Below are positions 25,101 to 39,208 of a stretch of DNA of 64,000 nt, one piece after another. The DNA comes from Pecten maximus. Taxonomy: Eukaryota. The stretch spans positions 13,020,001 to 13,084,000 of the forward strand of contig NC_047029.1 of the NCBI RefSeq assembly GCF_902652985.1, read 5' to 3'. Within the stretch, counting starts at the first letter, position 1. Every line of letters starts with the position of its first letter. Both the position numbers and the translations under genes were made by a program. Below the pieces are notes generated by a model, which worked only from the letters and a program-made list of their open reading frames with translations, did not search any database and was not told where the DNA came from.

Positions 25101-28100
25101 TCATCAGATGTCCTGTGGAAAACCGTCAAGATATTCTAGACTCTCTGAAGTTACAAGATGGGCAACATATGATATCGGACATATTTCAAATAACCGGAAG
25201 TACGTTTCAGAGTTCAGAAAGGATTACTCTGCGATTTCCAATCTCAAAGGCAGCGCTTCCACCTACAGTTGCGATTAAGGTCAAAATTAAATGTGGACCG
25301 AAATGGATGGACGTCGGAGGAGAACTTAATGTTAGTGATATCATTATCTTCAATTTTACTTGTTTTCCTTCCAAAAACAATACTCATAATATTTAATTAA
25401 TACCGATCATTTATATTGTTTTCATATCAAATACATACATTTTTTTTTAACTATTTAATATTTTATAATTAAAATGATGAAGCTATGGAAAACAGATGAA
25501 CCTAATCTATGCAAAAATGTATCTTATTCAAATGAACTCTACACTGAAGAATAGAAAATTGTCAATAATCAAATTAATTTAAACAAATTCGATGTTGTTT
25601 TCAACTAGCATTTTCGCACAAAGTTGACTAACAATTTCACAGAATGTCCACATGCGGGTTTTTGCCTGCCAATTTTCGATATATATCAGAATTATGAAAA
25701 TTATGAAACCAAAGATAGATATCTGTTTGAAACCATATTGCAATTTACTGAGACCAACACTCTTTGAACAGCCAGGAAGTACAGTTCAGATGCCGGTCTT
25801 CTACATTTGTGTAATATATTAACATATAGTATTATCCTGCAATGTATAAATGCCCAAATATGTTTATAAATTCCAAAAAGGACATTTCCCTGTATCGCCG
25901 TGTAGAAATCAAAGTTCCGTTCCCTAGGTGATAACATAGGTCGATATTTCATTAACAATACTTACAAGATCTGAAATATGTAATTCATCTCAGCATTGGT
26001 TCTGGTGTTACAGGATGGCCAGGTGGAGTTCGAAGCCAAGTTTCTTCAGGCGTTCGTGGCCGTGGCGGGATATCGTGCTTACCATAGGGAAATCCCATTG
26101 ACGGGATACACGTATATCTCTGAGGATGACAACAGAGTTCGAATAAACTTCCCCAAAGATTGCTTCAACAAACCAGTCATTGTCCAATTCAGGGTAAGCG
26201 CCACCTAGCGCCAATTATCTTAACTTTGTCTTAGTATGTTCATTTCCGATAATTTCATTAAAGCTAAAGCACAATGGGACTTTGGGCAACAGACTTTGCC
26301 TATACCAGCCCTCTCCTCGTATCATGTACCCTGATAAATCATGATTTAATGTTGTTTTTTGTTCTTTGTTCTTTAACTTGGGTCAAAAATAGTTCTCCGA
26401 TTTTAATGGGAATATGATATTAATCGTCACGCCTGTTTTACAGCTTGTGATGGTGAACAGAGCCCGGATGTTTGGGTATAAGGATTGCTGTACCGACCAA
26501 TGCCAAGCCATCATAGCCATCTCCGACTTCCTGTTTATCAAGTTTGACAAAGATGTCGACATAAAAGTATGTTCTTTATGAAATTCATTAACATTCAATG
26601 TATCAGTTAATGTAGTATTTTGATAAAATGTAGGAATATACTAAAACAGTCATAGAAATGTTCACACACAAAAATCAATCAATCAATCAATCAAGGTGGA
26701 ATTTGCTGTACGGTTCCTCTTTCATTGAACATATACATTTCTGAGACTTTATAACCTAAAGTGGCTATATGAATTAATGATATAGTCACCCAGATTGATC
26801 ATAACCCAACAAATGTTTGAGAATACATGTATATGAAATCAAATAAGATATACAAATTCCTATAATACCGAAATTGAACCCAAGACTGATGTTGAAATAC
26901 ACACTACCTCTAATACTAATACATTTATTTACAGGAGCCAGCCCTAATGCACTTACCTATTATAAATGATATAGACGATCCTGACTCCGAGATCGTCATG
27001 TTCCGTATCGGTAGTAACGAGGACACGGAAATCATCCAGAAAAGATCCGCCATGAGATGCGAGTCCACAACCAATTGTTACACATTCCAAGTCGACAGAT
27101 TTAACGGGTACGCTCAACATATATTTGATTATTACAATGGTTGCCAGATCTATTGTATGTCACGATGGTTAACGTATATGTCATATTAACAATCAATATA
27201 ATCTGACAACCATTCAATAACTATTTTTACAATTTAGAGAGTGTTGTTTTTGATCAAAACATGTAAATGATTGAAACAAAATAAAAATGTTATCTGGGGG
27301 TTATCTGTGACGTCATTCAGAGCGCTGACGTAACACAGGTAAACGCGGCGCCTTAGTGATGTTATATAATTGTCTTGTGATTTAGAATGTTACTGTGAAT
27401 ACAATCGTAGTTAACACAGAATTAATGGGATTGCACAAAGCAAAATGTACATATATTATATAGTCGTCGGATATCAACATTTTATGTTACCAATAATGTT
27501 AATTGGGATGGGGGTTACATTACCACAAACTCATGTATAAACTAAAATTTTCCGTAGTAAGTTTATCAGATCTGTAGTATAAGTTAGGTAGTTAGTTGAT
27601 AGTTCTTAACGGCCCATCAACACTATAAAGGTCATTAGGACCGAAAAATGGTGAGTAAAATTATTAATAAAATGGGCACAGATGAACCGACGTCAAACAA
27701 ACAAAATATGTAAAAATGTAAATGCAGAAATATAGACTGGTACACTCACGGTTAGTTTAAAATTAAAAAGTGGCTGTGGTTACTCAGATATTGTGATACA
27801 GATCAACAATTTTCATAATTTCAAAATGTTGTGTATGTTATGCTTATAGACTATACGGCAAGTAGCGCAAAGAACGGAAATTATATATCTAAAGGGAGAT
27901 AACTCTAGCACGAATCACCGCAGGAATTGGCAAGCTGAACTTGATAACGTATTACATGAAATAAGGTGATCCGTCAATAGATACTAGGTTAATGTATAAA
28001 CAATCATATAATATGTGATACATGACATAAAACAGTTCCTAATATAGTGGAATACATATTGGAACTGTTATTCATATTTAATGAAAAGTAAAAATAAACT

Positions 28101-31100
28101 GCTATAATTTATATTTATCAACACATACAAATAAAAGAATACACAATGCTTGAAAAGGTTAGTTTTCATCATCACAGCCAGAACATAAAGCTTTTTTATT
28201 ATTTCATTAATTCTAATTGATTAATTAAAAAGATATAGATATTTTTTTTATTGGCACCGACACATGAAAAAACACAGTGGAACTATTGCCACTAATGTCA
28301 AAAACAGAATAATTCCTAAACCGTGATCTTTCCACAATTAAGATTCTTCTAATGGTAATGGACATAAACATTAATCATTAAAGGAACTAAATGTGTTGAT
28401 AAGTAAATTGAAGATATATTTTATCAATAACTATTAGATAAACATGCATTAGTTTTTAAGCATCATTTCCCCGACTTTTTACATTTCCAAGTTCAAATAA
28501 TATGGTTATACATGGATATATGTGACATGTGGATGGTTATTACACACAATAGAGATTATGTTCAATTATGACAATACTACTATTTATTACCAATGTTTTT
28601 CTTACCTATTATCTTAGCCAAGTACTGTGTTGATACAAATCAATCTTTCTATTATTTCTAACCCATTGCTTTGTAGTAGTACATTTATCTCTATTCATCT
28701 TTAATATATAATCAACAGTAAGTGTAAATATTTGAGCTATACTAGTGTCTCGTTTGATTTTATCAGAATCGCTCTTGGAAAAGTGAAGAAGAAGTTCATG
28801 AAGAAGTCTAAGTCGATGGTTGAGGATGAGCTGAGGCTATACCTTGGAAATGAACACATGTGTTCTATCCTCACTTTCCTAGACAAAAGCCTATTGCACG
28901 TCGGTGTTGTCAAGATTTGGATAGAGATCGTGGATAAGAGGTTCGTCAAGAGGGCATTGAGGCGCCGGGCAAAAGAAGGACTATTCGAAATCCCAGGAAA
29001 TCGCTCCACTGATATCAGACTGAAGGAAAATGAGACAGTCACATTCGATACTGATGGGAATATACAGAAAATCAGGGAGATTCCTAATGACTATTTCTCG
29101 ATAATTTACACTAGTAGTTGTCGGGACAATTATCGCTCTTTCCCACTTGAGCCTCGAAAGGATCCACGTGGCCGCCATGTCGGAATTGTAAATTTCTTCA
29201 AAAAGGTTGATGGAGTTGATACGTTTCTACACACTGTCACCATTGACACGAACCGATTCCTGGTCAGCATGTCAAGACTGAAAACATCCTACTCTGAGAG
29301 CAGACCAGGTCAGTGTAAAACACTTAAGGATGGGTCATTGCAGTTATTATTTGACATATACATTATATTATCTCTAACAAGCCATGACAAGAATATATGG
29401 TTTTATAAACAATATTAACGTTAAATAACAGAATTTCTCAAATAATACCATTTCTAGGATTTCTTTCCTGACGTAACAGTTTTGATATTTTCCATCTTCA
29501 TAAATAAAAAGGGAAAACGACCATTCAAAGTTACAATTTGTAACTTTCCAATCCTTTACTTCCTGTAAGACACGGCATTGTTTCAGATTCTTTGTCCACT
29601 GGTTTAGGGTGGGGAGGGGACAGGAATTTAAGAAACCTTAAAAAGCATTAACTATATTACATTTTGCCGTTTACATGTTCATTTGAGTGACCTTAAGTAC
29701 CCTAATGGAGTTCATAAATTGTTAAAACTTATTTAATATCTCAAGACAAGAAAAATACTACATTTTTGTGAATATCGAGAATTCCAGATCTTGCATGCAT
29801 AAGGGTCACTGTCCTAGAGTAATGTTTCATTTTTAAGCGGATTCCTATTACATAATAAAACATAATTATATATAACAGCACATAATAATATATAATAGTA
29901 CATAATAATACATAATGACATATAATAACACGCATGTTAAATCTGCATGTTGACTTACCTTATTATAGATATACCTTTTTAGGAATGTGAACCAAGATAG
30001 TTTTGAAGTAAAATTTTATCGCAAAGTAATTTGTACAAATCAAAATCAATCAGTAAGTACACTTTAAAAATTCGTATTCGGATTAGTATTGAATAGATCT
30101 TATTATCATAATAGAAATTCTCAAGGAATACCGTTAAGTTGAGGTGATGTTACTTCGTTTTTTCTTCTAATAAGCCTAGTGTTATTAACTAAGAAACCAA
30201 TTTTCCTCAATCCAGGACGTGCTTGCTTTTAATTTTGTCACTTGAAGTTGTCCACTATTAGTTTATTTGTGTAAATGATTCTTTTATGGAATCTGAGTAC
30301 CTTGCCACAGTGTCGAGGTATTTAACATGTGAATGATTCTTAAATCATTACTGCCCGCGTTAGACGAGACCATGTGTATATACATGGCAGGTAAATATAT
30401 AACAATAGCAGTAAGTCAGATTTGACATACGCGTTGATAGCTGGCTATCAGCGTCAGATAATGTATTATAAGGTAAAACTTGACAAAAGTCCAACACCTG
30501 TTAGAACACTGCTGTTCTACTGTTCACATGTATTTGTTTCAATGCTAAATACGAATCATATATCATAATCAAGAGCAAAGTAAATTTGGACAGTTATTTA
30601 TAATTCTGAATAACGAATTACTTCATAGATAAAGTTAATAAATAATTTAAAGTACAGATATAAATAATTCATAAAATCTTTAATATGATCGAAAACCATA
30701 ATTGCAAAACCATTGATATAGGATCTCTCCTTTGTAGTAAGAATAATAAATATGTATCTTTAAAATAGATGTTAGAAATATTATCATTAGTATGGTTTTA
30801 TTACCAAAATTATTGATGAATCATTCCCGATATGTATTGAATTCGGAGTGTGTGATTTAAACACAATTGCACTGCAGTGTGATCAATATTGAATGTTAGA
30901 TCTCCTACCTGAACAGTTTGTTTACATTGTTTCAAAATAACAATACACTGAGCGTGCTTCTTTCTAATTACGGTGAGAGAAACAATGAACTTCCTGACCG
31001 ATATATTGATTTTCGTAATCATTGTTTGACTTTTCTTTAAACAATATATCATTGTGTGGAGGATATATACTCTTTCGTGATGAATTGTTAGACTATTATT

Positions 31101-34100
31101 TTACAGAGTAATATACCTGCATACAGTGGACCCTTTAAATATCCTGATATTTTAATTGGTCCCATTCATGCTGTACCGCAGCAGACTACCCACCCGTACA
31201 CTGACGTTTACACCATATGTGTATATACGACCTTTAGACTGAGTATAATTCAAACGTAGCGTTACAAGGTTGTTAGTTTGTGTAAAGATAAAACGCCAGT
31301 TCTGTTACTGTTTACAAGCCAGTACGGTGTAAACGTGCTATATAAATGGGATGTAGGACGATTTGTGGGGCGTGATGATGGAACAAGCCCGACCACTCCC
31401 ATCCCGGGAGTGGTGCAGAGAGCTTATAACGAGGAACAGCATCAGAAAGAAACGGTTAAATGTATTGCCGTTTAAAAATTCCATTGAAATCGCAGGTAAT
31501 TTATGATTTCAGGGATTGACAGAAGTTTTATGGTTGCTCTAAACATAATCCTGAAATAGATAAGATTTTTGTTCATTGATCAATTACATTCAATGTAGAA
31601 GCATTACATCACTCTTTATAAAACTTCAAATTAATGTCTACCGATTAAAAAATAAGAATGATGCCTATTGCAGCATATGGCACATTGACGATCATAACAG
31701 TTACTGATTTCTTTTCATAGTTTAGCAGAATTGACTTGCAAATGTCTTCCATTAATTATGTGATAAAAGTTGAGGTTGTTTATTTACGACGTATACGATA
31801 AACATTGGTAACTGTGTATTGGTTTCAGTTTTACTTATACACAGCTACATAAAAGAGCTCATACATAATTGTGATAATTCTTGTCGTGTTGACATGTTCA
31901 ATCGTTAGTGTGTTAGTGTACTGCGTGAGATATATGGTATATGATAACACTATGTTACACCTCTATGACGAAATGTGTTCTTTCATGTAAACCATGTCTA
32001 GTTGGTAGTTGATAGATACTCTTATGCAGTTAAATTCCAATTTGCTATTAATGAAGTAAAGCTCCACCACTGCTTTGTAATGATTACGAATGCGATAATA
32101 TAATGAATTGATTCCACCACGATACTGATAAGTATATTAACGACCATTTTATTATTTATGCAATGTTTTTGTAGGAATGATGAATGTATTTGGTAAGATA
32201 TGTTTTCTACCCCCTCCCCTCTCCCTTCCAACCAATCCATTATATCATTTATCCCGTACTAAGTAAAATATCTGAAGATACCACCTGTTTAGGTTGACAT
32301 ATATGTGTATTTACAGTAAAATATATTTCCATGCCTTTACCCATCATTTATAATCATCCAACCTTCTACATGATATAAATTATAACACCCTTTAAACAGT
32401 ACGGCTACCAAATCCCATTATACATTCATTAATGACATTGTTTAATACTTGTCTTTATCCCCCTTTTGTGATCCTTGACCTATTTACCCAGGTTTGACCT
32501 TCCTTGATCAATCAGCAAATCCAAATACTTTTCACAGAAACATTATTGCAGAAATAGCAAGCGTATGCTAATGCTTATTTTCAATATGTATGCGACGTTG
32601 AATAGATTTTCGTTTCTTGTATCTAAGTATGTAAGAACAAAAGTTACATCCATTTTAATATAAGTAATCATACGCCATCTGGTGGATGTTTTATTAACAT
32701 ACGTCGATATTATTTATGTAATAGTGCTTTTTTATGATATATGTTTTTTTATAAAATGCATCTACAGAGTTGGGACTGCAACAATGGTTTACTAGTTGGA
32801 CGAATATGTATTGTAACAAAATTTCTCAAACATCGGCTTCAAAAGTGTCACTTAAAAGTTCTATTAAATTGAACCAATAAAGACACACTAACGGTAAAAC
32901 ATCAAACATTTAACAGAAGCTTGGCGGAAAATAATCGATGGCTTCAAATCAATTTACTTCTATTGCAATCTATACTGGTAATTGCTTCATAATTGAAATA
33001 GCCATTCTTCCACGTTTGTTTCAAAAGACTTGTATATCCCGAAATCAAACAACAATGCAACAATGTGTTTCCGTTATACCGAAATGGTATCCTTTTATAT
33101 CTAATGCTGTTTGATTTGTGGTGGTAGTTATATCAGATACGGACTTTTTAAATTTGCTCAAACTGTATAGGTGCATTTAGTATTTAAGAACCAGACAAAA
33201 TCATTAGGATAGAATTATCATATCTACTGGCGACGGCTAGTGGGGTTGTTTGTGTTGGTTTTGTGTAAACTTTTTTTTCCCTTTGACTAGCGTTTTTGTG
33301 TTAAATATATACTATGTATTAAATATATGTTAAGGACACCAGTGTATGTGTTAATTAGATCCAGAATCGGATTAATAAATAACAGCACTGGTTATCGGAC
33401 AATACACAGTTTTTTTTTCTTCATCGGTTATCATCAAAATACAGTTTTCAGTTAATTTTCTTTCTCTTTCTTTATCGTTGAACCTTGCTAGGAATGCAAT
33501 GAAACAAAACATTGCTAATCAATTTCACTTCAAATAGTCGAGTTTTATATAAGAATGCATATAATATAAATCATTCTGAAATCCAATGATAGTCAGACAG
33601 GCGTGGTATTTATGTATGACATTGTCAAAATTCAGACATACACGGTGTTTATTTTTTTTTGTATTTAACGACGTCAATGTCAGTTTCATTTTTTGAAATT
33701 GATAATAATGTTAATAAATGTTTTTCCAGCCACGATTGGACGTACCAACCAATGGTCAAGGGGCTCCACGCGATCCTCTACAAAGTCTGTCCGATCGTCA
33801 ATCCAGTACCGATCAATCTTTGGTAAGTAGGTCATTTGGGGGATTGACATTATGACACTCTTCAAGTCTAAATTATTGAATAAATGGTCCACAGGGTAGG
33901 CGTTTACAATCAAATGATGTTTTAAGAGTTTTAAGATCAAGAACTTACTTGATTCCAACAATATTTTTCCTTCAATAGGCAGATGCATTGTTAAATAGTG
34001 TGTAAAAGGTCCTGAAACTCATTCTTTGTGTGTATGACGTCAGAAAATTCCATAACAGTGTTTATTCAACTTGATACATGCTGTTTACATGTCAAAAAAT

Positions 34101-35022
34101 GTTGATATCAATTATTCATGCATATAGATATCATACACTCACCTGTTATTATGTTCTGGTAAGGCATAAGTTAATTTTGTTAGGAATTGGTACCAATTAG
34201 GATGGATTTGACGTAGCGACATTTGTTATAGTTCGTCTAAGAAAAACACCAATCTCACACTGCCCCCCGAAATGTGTCGATATGTTGATTACATTATACA
34301 GTATTCTATCTGCTCTGGTAATGCTGGTATTAGTTCATACAGACATTCATATCGACAGGCAGACCAGAAGTTTGACCTAATTTTTACCATCATTGCTAAT
34401 GAGTTAATATTTATTCTTTCATTAGCCAAGTAAATAATCAGATAAATAGAAATACGAAACAGTGACCATCGATTATTACGTCACTGCCATGCACATGCAA
34501 ATATATGAGTTATTGTAAAGGGTATATGTAGCCAATATTGATAATAATTTATAAATGAAAATTCTACATGACGAAATGGCTGCTCACTTTAAACATCGAT
34601 TGATATTTGCGTATTTCTTTTGTTTAATGTTTAAACTAAACACGGTATTCGCTGTTACAATGAACATTTAACTTTCCTTCACACTAAATGAAGTGATTTT
34701 TGTCGCCTCAGATGACGTTCCAATACTAAGTCACCAGAGCTTACTTGCTCTTTCGAGCGCAATCAACATCCAAGTTGCCCAAGTGCTGGGCTCCCAGCTC
34801 GGGTTGCCGTACGAGGACATCATGGATATCAAGAGCATCAACCAGCCCCCTGTTGTCACTATCTTCGAGATTCTGTGGGAATGGAGAGGAAAGGTCGCTA
34901 CGCCGGACCAAGTGGAACAGCTTGTTCAATCATTCAATCAAATAAACCAAAAGTACTTTGCTGATGTCATTCTGAAGGCCAATAGAGAAAAACGAGGATT
35001 AACGCGGAAGGATTTCCAGTGA
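16145..35022 (+). CDS. Death-domain protein, DTHD1/PIDD-like (helical N-terminus-ZU5-ZU5-UPA-linker-death domain), ~871 aa. Exons: 16145-16251, 19329-19424, 19782-19877, 20653-20763, 21630-21719, 22657-22755, 23477-23569, 23844-23945, 24368-24454, 25018-25330, 26014-26193, 26444-26566, 26935-27107, 28767-29308, 33730-33822, 34712-35022
   Basis: All introns are GT-AG with compatible phases, giving one open frame of 2616 nt. ZU5-like motifs MISDIFQI...ITLRFP...W.DV and DNRVRINFPKDCF..PV...AISD...LP...TFQVDRF. The last exon is a death fold (LGSQLGL...I..IK...FEILWEWR...LV..F). The first exon is the least certain. Confidence 0.8.
16641..17399. repeat. 47-bp minisatellite, ~16 near-identical copies (intron 1)
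   Basis: Unit ccccttactggtcacgagagtatgtattatagggtcacagaatacaa. Confidence 0.97.
17515..17932. repeat. Degenerate ~25-bp GT-rich tandem repeat
   Basis: Recurrent tttgttgttgttctgatgatattagatg variants. Confidence 0.7.
18609..19069 (+). mobile_element. Non-autonomous Crypton-like hairpin element
   Basis: Hairpin at ~18611-18782. Internal tttctaccacaata (18783-18796) is inverted to the terminal tattgtggtagaaa (19055-19068). Confidence 0.8.
22264..22636. repeat. 25-bp minisatellite, ~15 copies, immediately upstream of an exon acceptor
   Basis: Unit actaaaaatgctatt(a/t/g)tgctataat. Confidence 0.93.
22792..23364 (+). mobile_element. Non-autonomous Crypton-like hairpin element
   Basis: Near-perfect hairpin at 22792-22950 with a GCGAAGC apex. 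Internal tatttcaatt is inverted to the terminal aattgaaata (~23355-23364). Confidence 0.8.
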
Positions 35023-38000
35023 AGTAGTAAATCCTTGTTGTAAAGGAGGGACTATTTAACGAGTTATAAGCATTTTCATTGGAATTTAATTGTTTTTGGT
35101 TACTTTATTCATAATGACTGAAGTTTGATGAATCCCTTTCTTATCTATAACAAAAGCCGCATTGACAATAATATCTTAATAAGATTGATGTTGGCTGAAT
35201 TGTGAATTTGTTACCAATACTATAATTCAATTTCACTTAGCATCAGTATTTTCAAAATGTATTGTGAATAATTGATAGATATAGTCAGTGCTACATAAAC
35301 CATATATATATATTCTATGGGATATAACCTAAGATTAAAATTCTAAATGTTTAGTACAAACTTCGGACTTTAGTTGACCATGTTTACAAAGTGTGTACTA
35401 GCAATATAAAAATACAAATCCCGAAATGTTTATTTTATCTGGCATATATTTTCTTTTTTAGAACTGCATTTAATTGATACCGGATTGATTGAATGCTTTA
35501 TGCTCAAATGGAGAAGAATGATTTTAACGAGCATATAACATATCAATTTTATTAATAAATACGAAATATCTCCATTAATTATCAGAATTCTGAAGATATG
35601 GAAATGATACGAGTATTTAAATACCTAACGTCAATCCGTTGTACTTTATGTATGAACCCATTAATCATGTTATAAAGTGATTTTTAGTATTGTTTACTAT
35701 TGTATATATCGTACGTGTACGTCAAACATCCCATTACCAAAAGTGCATTATAATAAATTATATGATCGTCTATGTTAAGAATATTTGATGCATAAGATAT
35801 CTTCATTTGATATACTGGAAAGTTAGAAGGATAAGTTGAAATTGCTGTTTTCTTTTTTTGCTTTTTATTCCGTGCTCCATATCAGCTAAAACATACATAT
35901 CCCAAGTCCATGCTGGGCTACTTTTTGTATTGGATTAAACTATTCATCATTAAAAGCAAAGTGAGTTCCGTTTTATATAATGTGTTATCATTATTTTACA
36001 TTGTAAATCAAATTCAATTGGTTGTTGAATAGTAAACCCAAGTGTTAATCCCAAGTTTAATTTCATTAGTAAACTTTAAACATATAAACAATCTCGGAAG
36101 TTATCGGACACAATGAATAGAATAGCTAATATTTGTTCATCGCGATGTTATTTAATTTTTATGTTAAAAGAAAGGACAACATATTACTTCTCTTTTAGGC
36201 CAGTGCACTAGCTGTATATACCGTCAAATGTTTTATTTGCACGGCGCCACGAGTAGACACCAGGTCTAAAACGCCTTTATGACTTAGAAGAATTAGATGG
36301 TTATCAATCTGAAAGGTAATTCAAAGTCATTATTTGTTACGTATGGTGCAGATGTCAATGGAATGTATGTATGTAATGTGAAAATAAAGACGATAGGTAA
36401 TAGAAACAAATACAGTGGAAAATACTAGGTTTTCAAGGTCGTTTATTTGATAACATGTAGTATTACTCACAAAATGACCTTCAAATTATTTGAAGTGCGA
36501 TCAAATACACTTTAGATAATTACTCGCACGAGTTATTGCCTAACAGCTGATATTGGTAAATCGCTGATAGTAATCACTGTCTATGTATATTAACAATCAA
36601 TTACGGATCCCAATGGTCGATAAAGACCACCTCACGTTAAAGCGGTCATTACACAGCACGTCCTGTGGTTGGCCCATTGTCCGGTCGAGGCATCTGTCCG
36701 TGATATCGTCGAAAACCAGAATTATAGATGACAATCTCGTGGATTTGAACACCTGCCATTTCAAACAGCGCGCGTTAGAACAGAGTTTAAGGCGGCTTAC
36801 TTATGTATATCTACTTCATTAAGTAATCCATTATCGAATGGTCTATACTTCAATAGCAGGTCAACCCCCGTTGTATTATGCATGTAAAGTATTATCAATC
36901 TAACAACACTCATATGATATATGCACACCTACCATCAGAACGCTATTTTTTGATGCACAACTTATATTAACCTAATCAATACATTTTTACATTTATCCTC
37001 TTCAGCTTGTTTATACACTATCCATTTTGTTTTATTCAATTTGTTTGATGTCTAGTTGTTAAATTTCACGAGGCTAAAAATTCGCTGTTATCAGAGTCAG
37101 ACCTAGTTTGCTATATTAAATTTTGCACACCCACATCTTGTAAACGTTCTGCCATAAACGCTTTAAACGTTTGTGTGTACATATAAATATTAGACGTGTA
37201 TTTATTTTTGCGCTATATTTACTGACGCCGAAAATAGCGAAATTTAACCCCCATGAATATTACCAAATATACAGTGTACAATTTTGGAAACCGAATTACT
37301 ATCCCAAAAATGAATAACATTTCTGATCAACACTTAATTAGATTTCAGATTTTATAAATTAAGTTAATTGATGTATCAGTATTCATACTGTCATTTTCTC
37401 TAATAAAATTGAAAGGCTGTGTGGCAGATAGAAGTGAAAATAACGGACGCGTGAAAACCATTGCACTATGGCAGTAAGATAGCAATGAAACTTAAATATA
37501 TTCTCATCAATATCACTTTCATCAAATAACTGGACAGAAAAAGTTTTCGTTATACCTCAAAATCATTCTGCGTTGTGTTGTGCAAATACACAAACAACCA
37601 AGAATTACAGATTTATTTATCTTTTGATATATATACAGAAATTACTCCTTTTTTCAAATTCCCACCCGATATCTCATCTCTTTGAATATGTTACTTGCCT
37701 TGGGACAAATACGTATCATAAGTGAACCTACACATGTTCGGACATATATCATTGTACAGTGCATTGATTTATTTCGTTTGAGCAGTTAAAATGTCGTACG
37801 TGCATGCTATGCTTTGGGGGATAAAATGAATATAGTTATTGGATGATTATGTCAATTACTGCGTTGATATCAAGGGATGATATCAACTGACAGTTTTATC
37901 TTTCAACTGTATCGCTTGACATTTGTTCAATAACGCTCGTTCAGAAATGTTATGATATATTAATTAAGAGGGAACTTGCTATATATACATGTATATATAA

Positions 38001-38944
38001 ATCGGTACTTAGACTGGTATACTGATTCTGCACTGGTGAGCTTAAGGACAGGAACGGAAGTATCTGAAGAATCGTTGTAGAATAAGGTAAAACTTCTTTA
38101 ATGCTAAAAATTATCGCATTTGTAATAAATGTATTATACAAAGTGACTTATATTTTAAGAGACCGAGGAAATAAATGTTATTGCATTTGAATATTCAATA
38201 TACAGGAGGTATAATTACAAGTACCGGCTTAGGGTTAACATATACACTGTTAAATTCAACAGTGTGCATTTTAAAACTATATTTCAAGTGTTCTTTTAAA
38301 TTCGAGACATTTTATTTGATTCATCACACGTAATGCAATATATAAAACGAATTTCAACTCTAGATATTTCAATTCTTGATTTCTTGAGTAGAATGGTTAT
38401 AACTACAAATGTACAATTGGATTAGTTTTTAGGCATATGTCCAGGTTGATAATGTTCCAGGATATTCAACTAAACAGGCAAACGTGTTCTTGTCATAGTT
38501 AGGATTTCTACATGTAACAATTTAATAAATATTCAGGTACGTTTTAGTAGACTTTATTTTGGATTGAGAATATTCGAGAAACGCAATGTAGCGCGAAAGG
38601 AAATATTCAAAATAAGCAATGCAACATGAAAGGCAATATCCATGTATAATCTAAGTACATACGTAATTCCATAGTTTATACAGCGTATAACATGACAAAT
38701 CTAAAGATGTGTTTAATTCTTTTCTTTTCATAATATAGTTAAGGTATTTTGTTTTCTAGAAATTTTCTATTTTCATAAGCGGTGTCCAGACACATATTTG
38801 AATCATAAGATACATTTATATCAAAATGCTGATGCATTGTATCTTTTTCGAACATGAATATAATATTATGATTTTATTAATATTATATAAGCAATACATT
38901 TGGAGTACTGGTATTCATGAATATGTTTATTTCAGAACACAATT

Positions 38945-39208
38945 ATGAAGCTGGCGATCATTGTCGTGACAGTTGGTGTCTGCCTATTTGAATTGTCATT
39001 GTGTGCTGAAATCATGGGGGCTCCATCAATGGAAGGCATAGACCGGGACTGCTGGAGTCTATGCTGGCAAGACTACACTCACTGCCACAAGTACTTCCAA
39101 TGTGCCGATCGTCTGGGAGACGAAAGCAACGGCGAATGTACAATGTATTGTGCTGGTCGTAACAAGAGGTGTATGGACAGGTGTCTTGCTGTTTCGAACC
39201 AAAAGTAA
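38945..39208 (+). CDS. Secreted cysteine-rich peptide precursor, 87 aa (signal peptide, short acidic propiece, 8-Cys domain)
   Basis: Hydrophobic leader MKLAIIVVTVGVCLFELSLC. Cys spacing C-X3-C-X6-C-X5-C-X11-C-X3-C-X6-C-X3-C. Acceptor tttcag at 38935 before the ATG and AATAAA at ~39438. Confidence 0.85.
   Translation: MKLAIIVVTVGVCLFELSLCAEIMGAPSMEGIDRDCWSLCWQDYTHCHKYFQCADRLGDESNGECTMYCAGRNKRCMDRCLAVSNQK

Noticed and set aside
31278-31475. ORF-track 65-aa frame as an internal exon of the death-domain gene
   Set aside because: No polypyrimidine acceptor and no good phase-compatible donor in that frame. A different frame fits better as an alternative first exon.
36590-37275. Possible MITE remnants
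   Set aside because: Too degenerate to define termini by eye.
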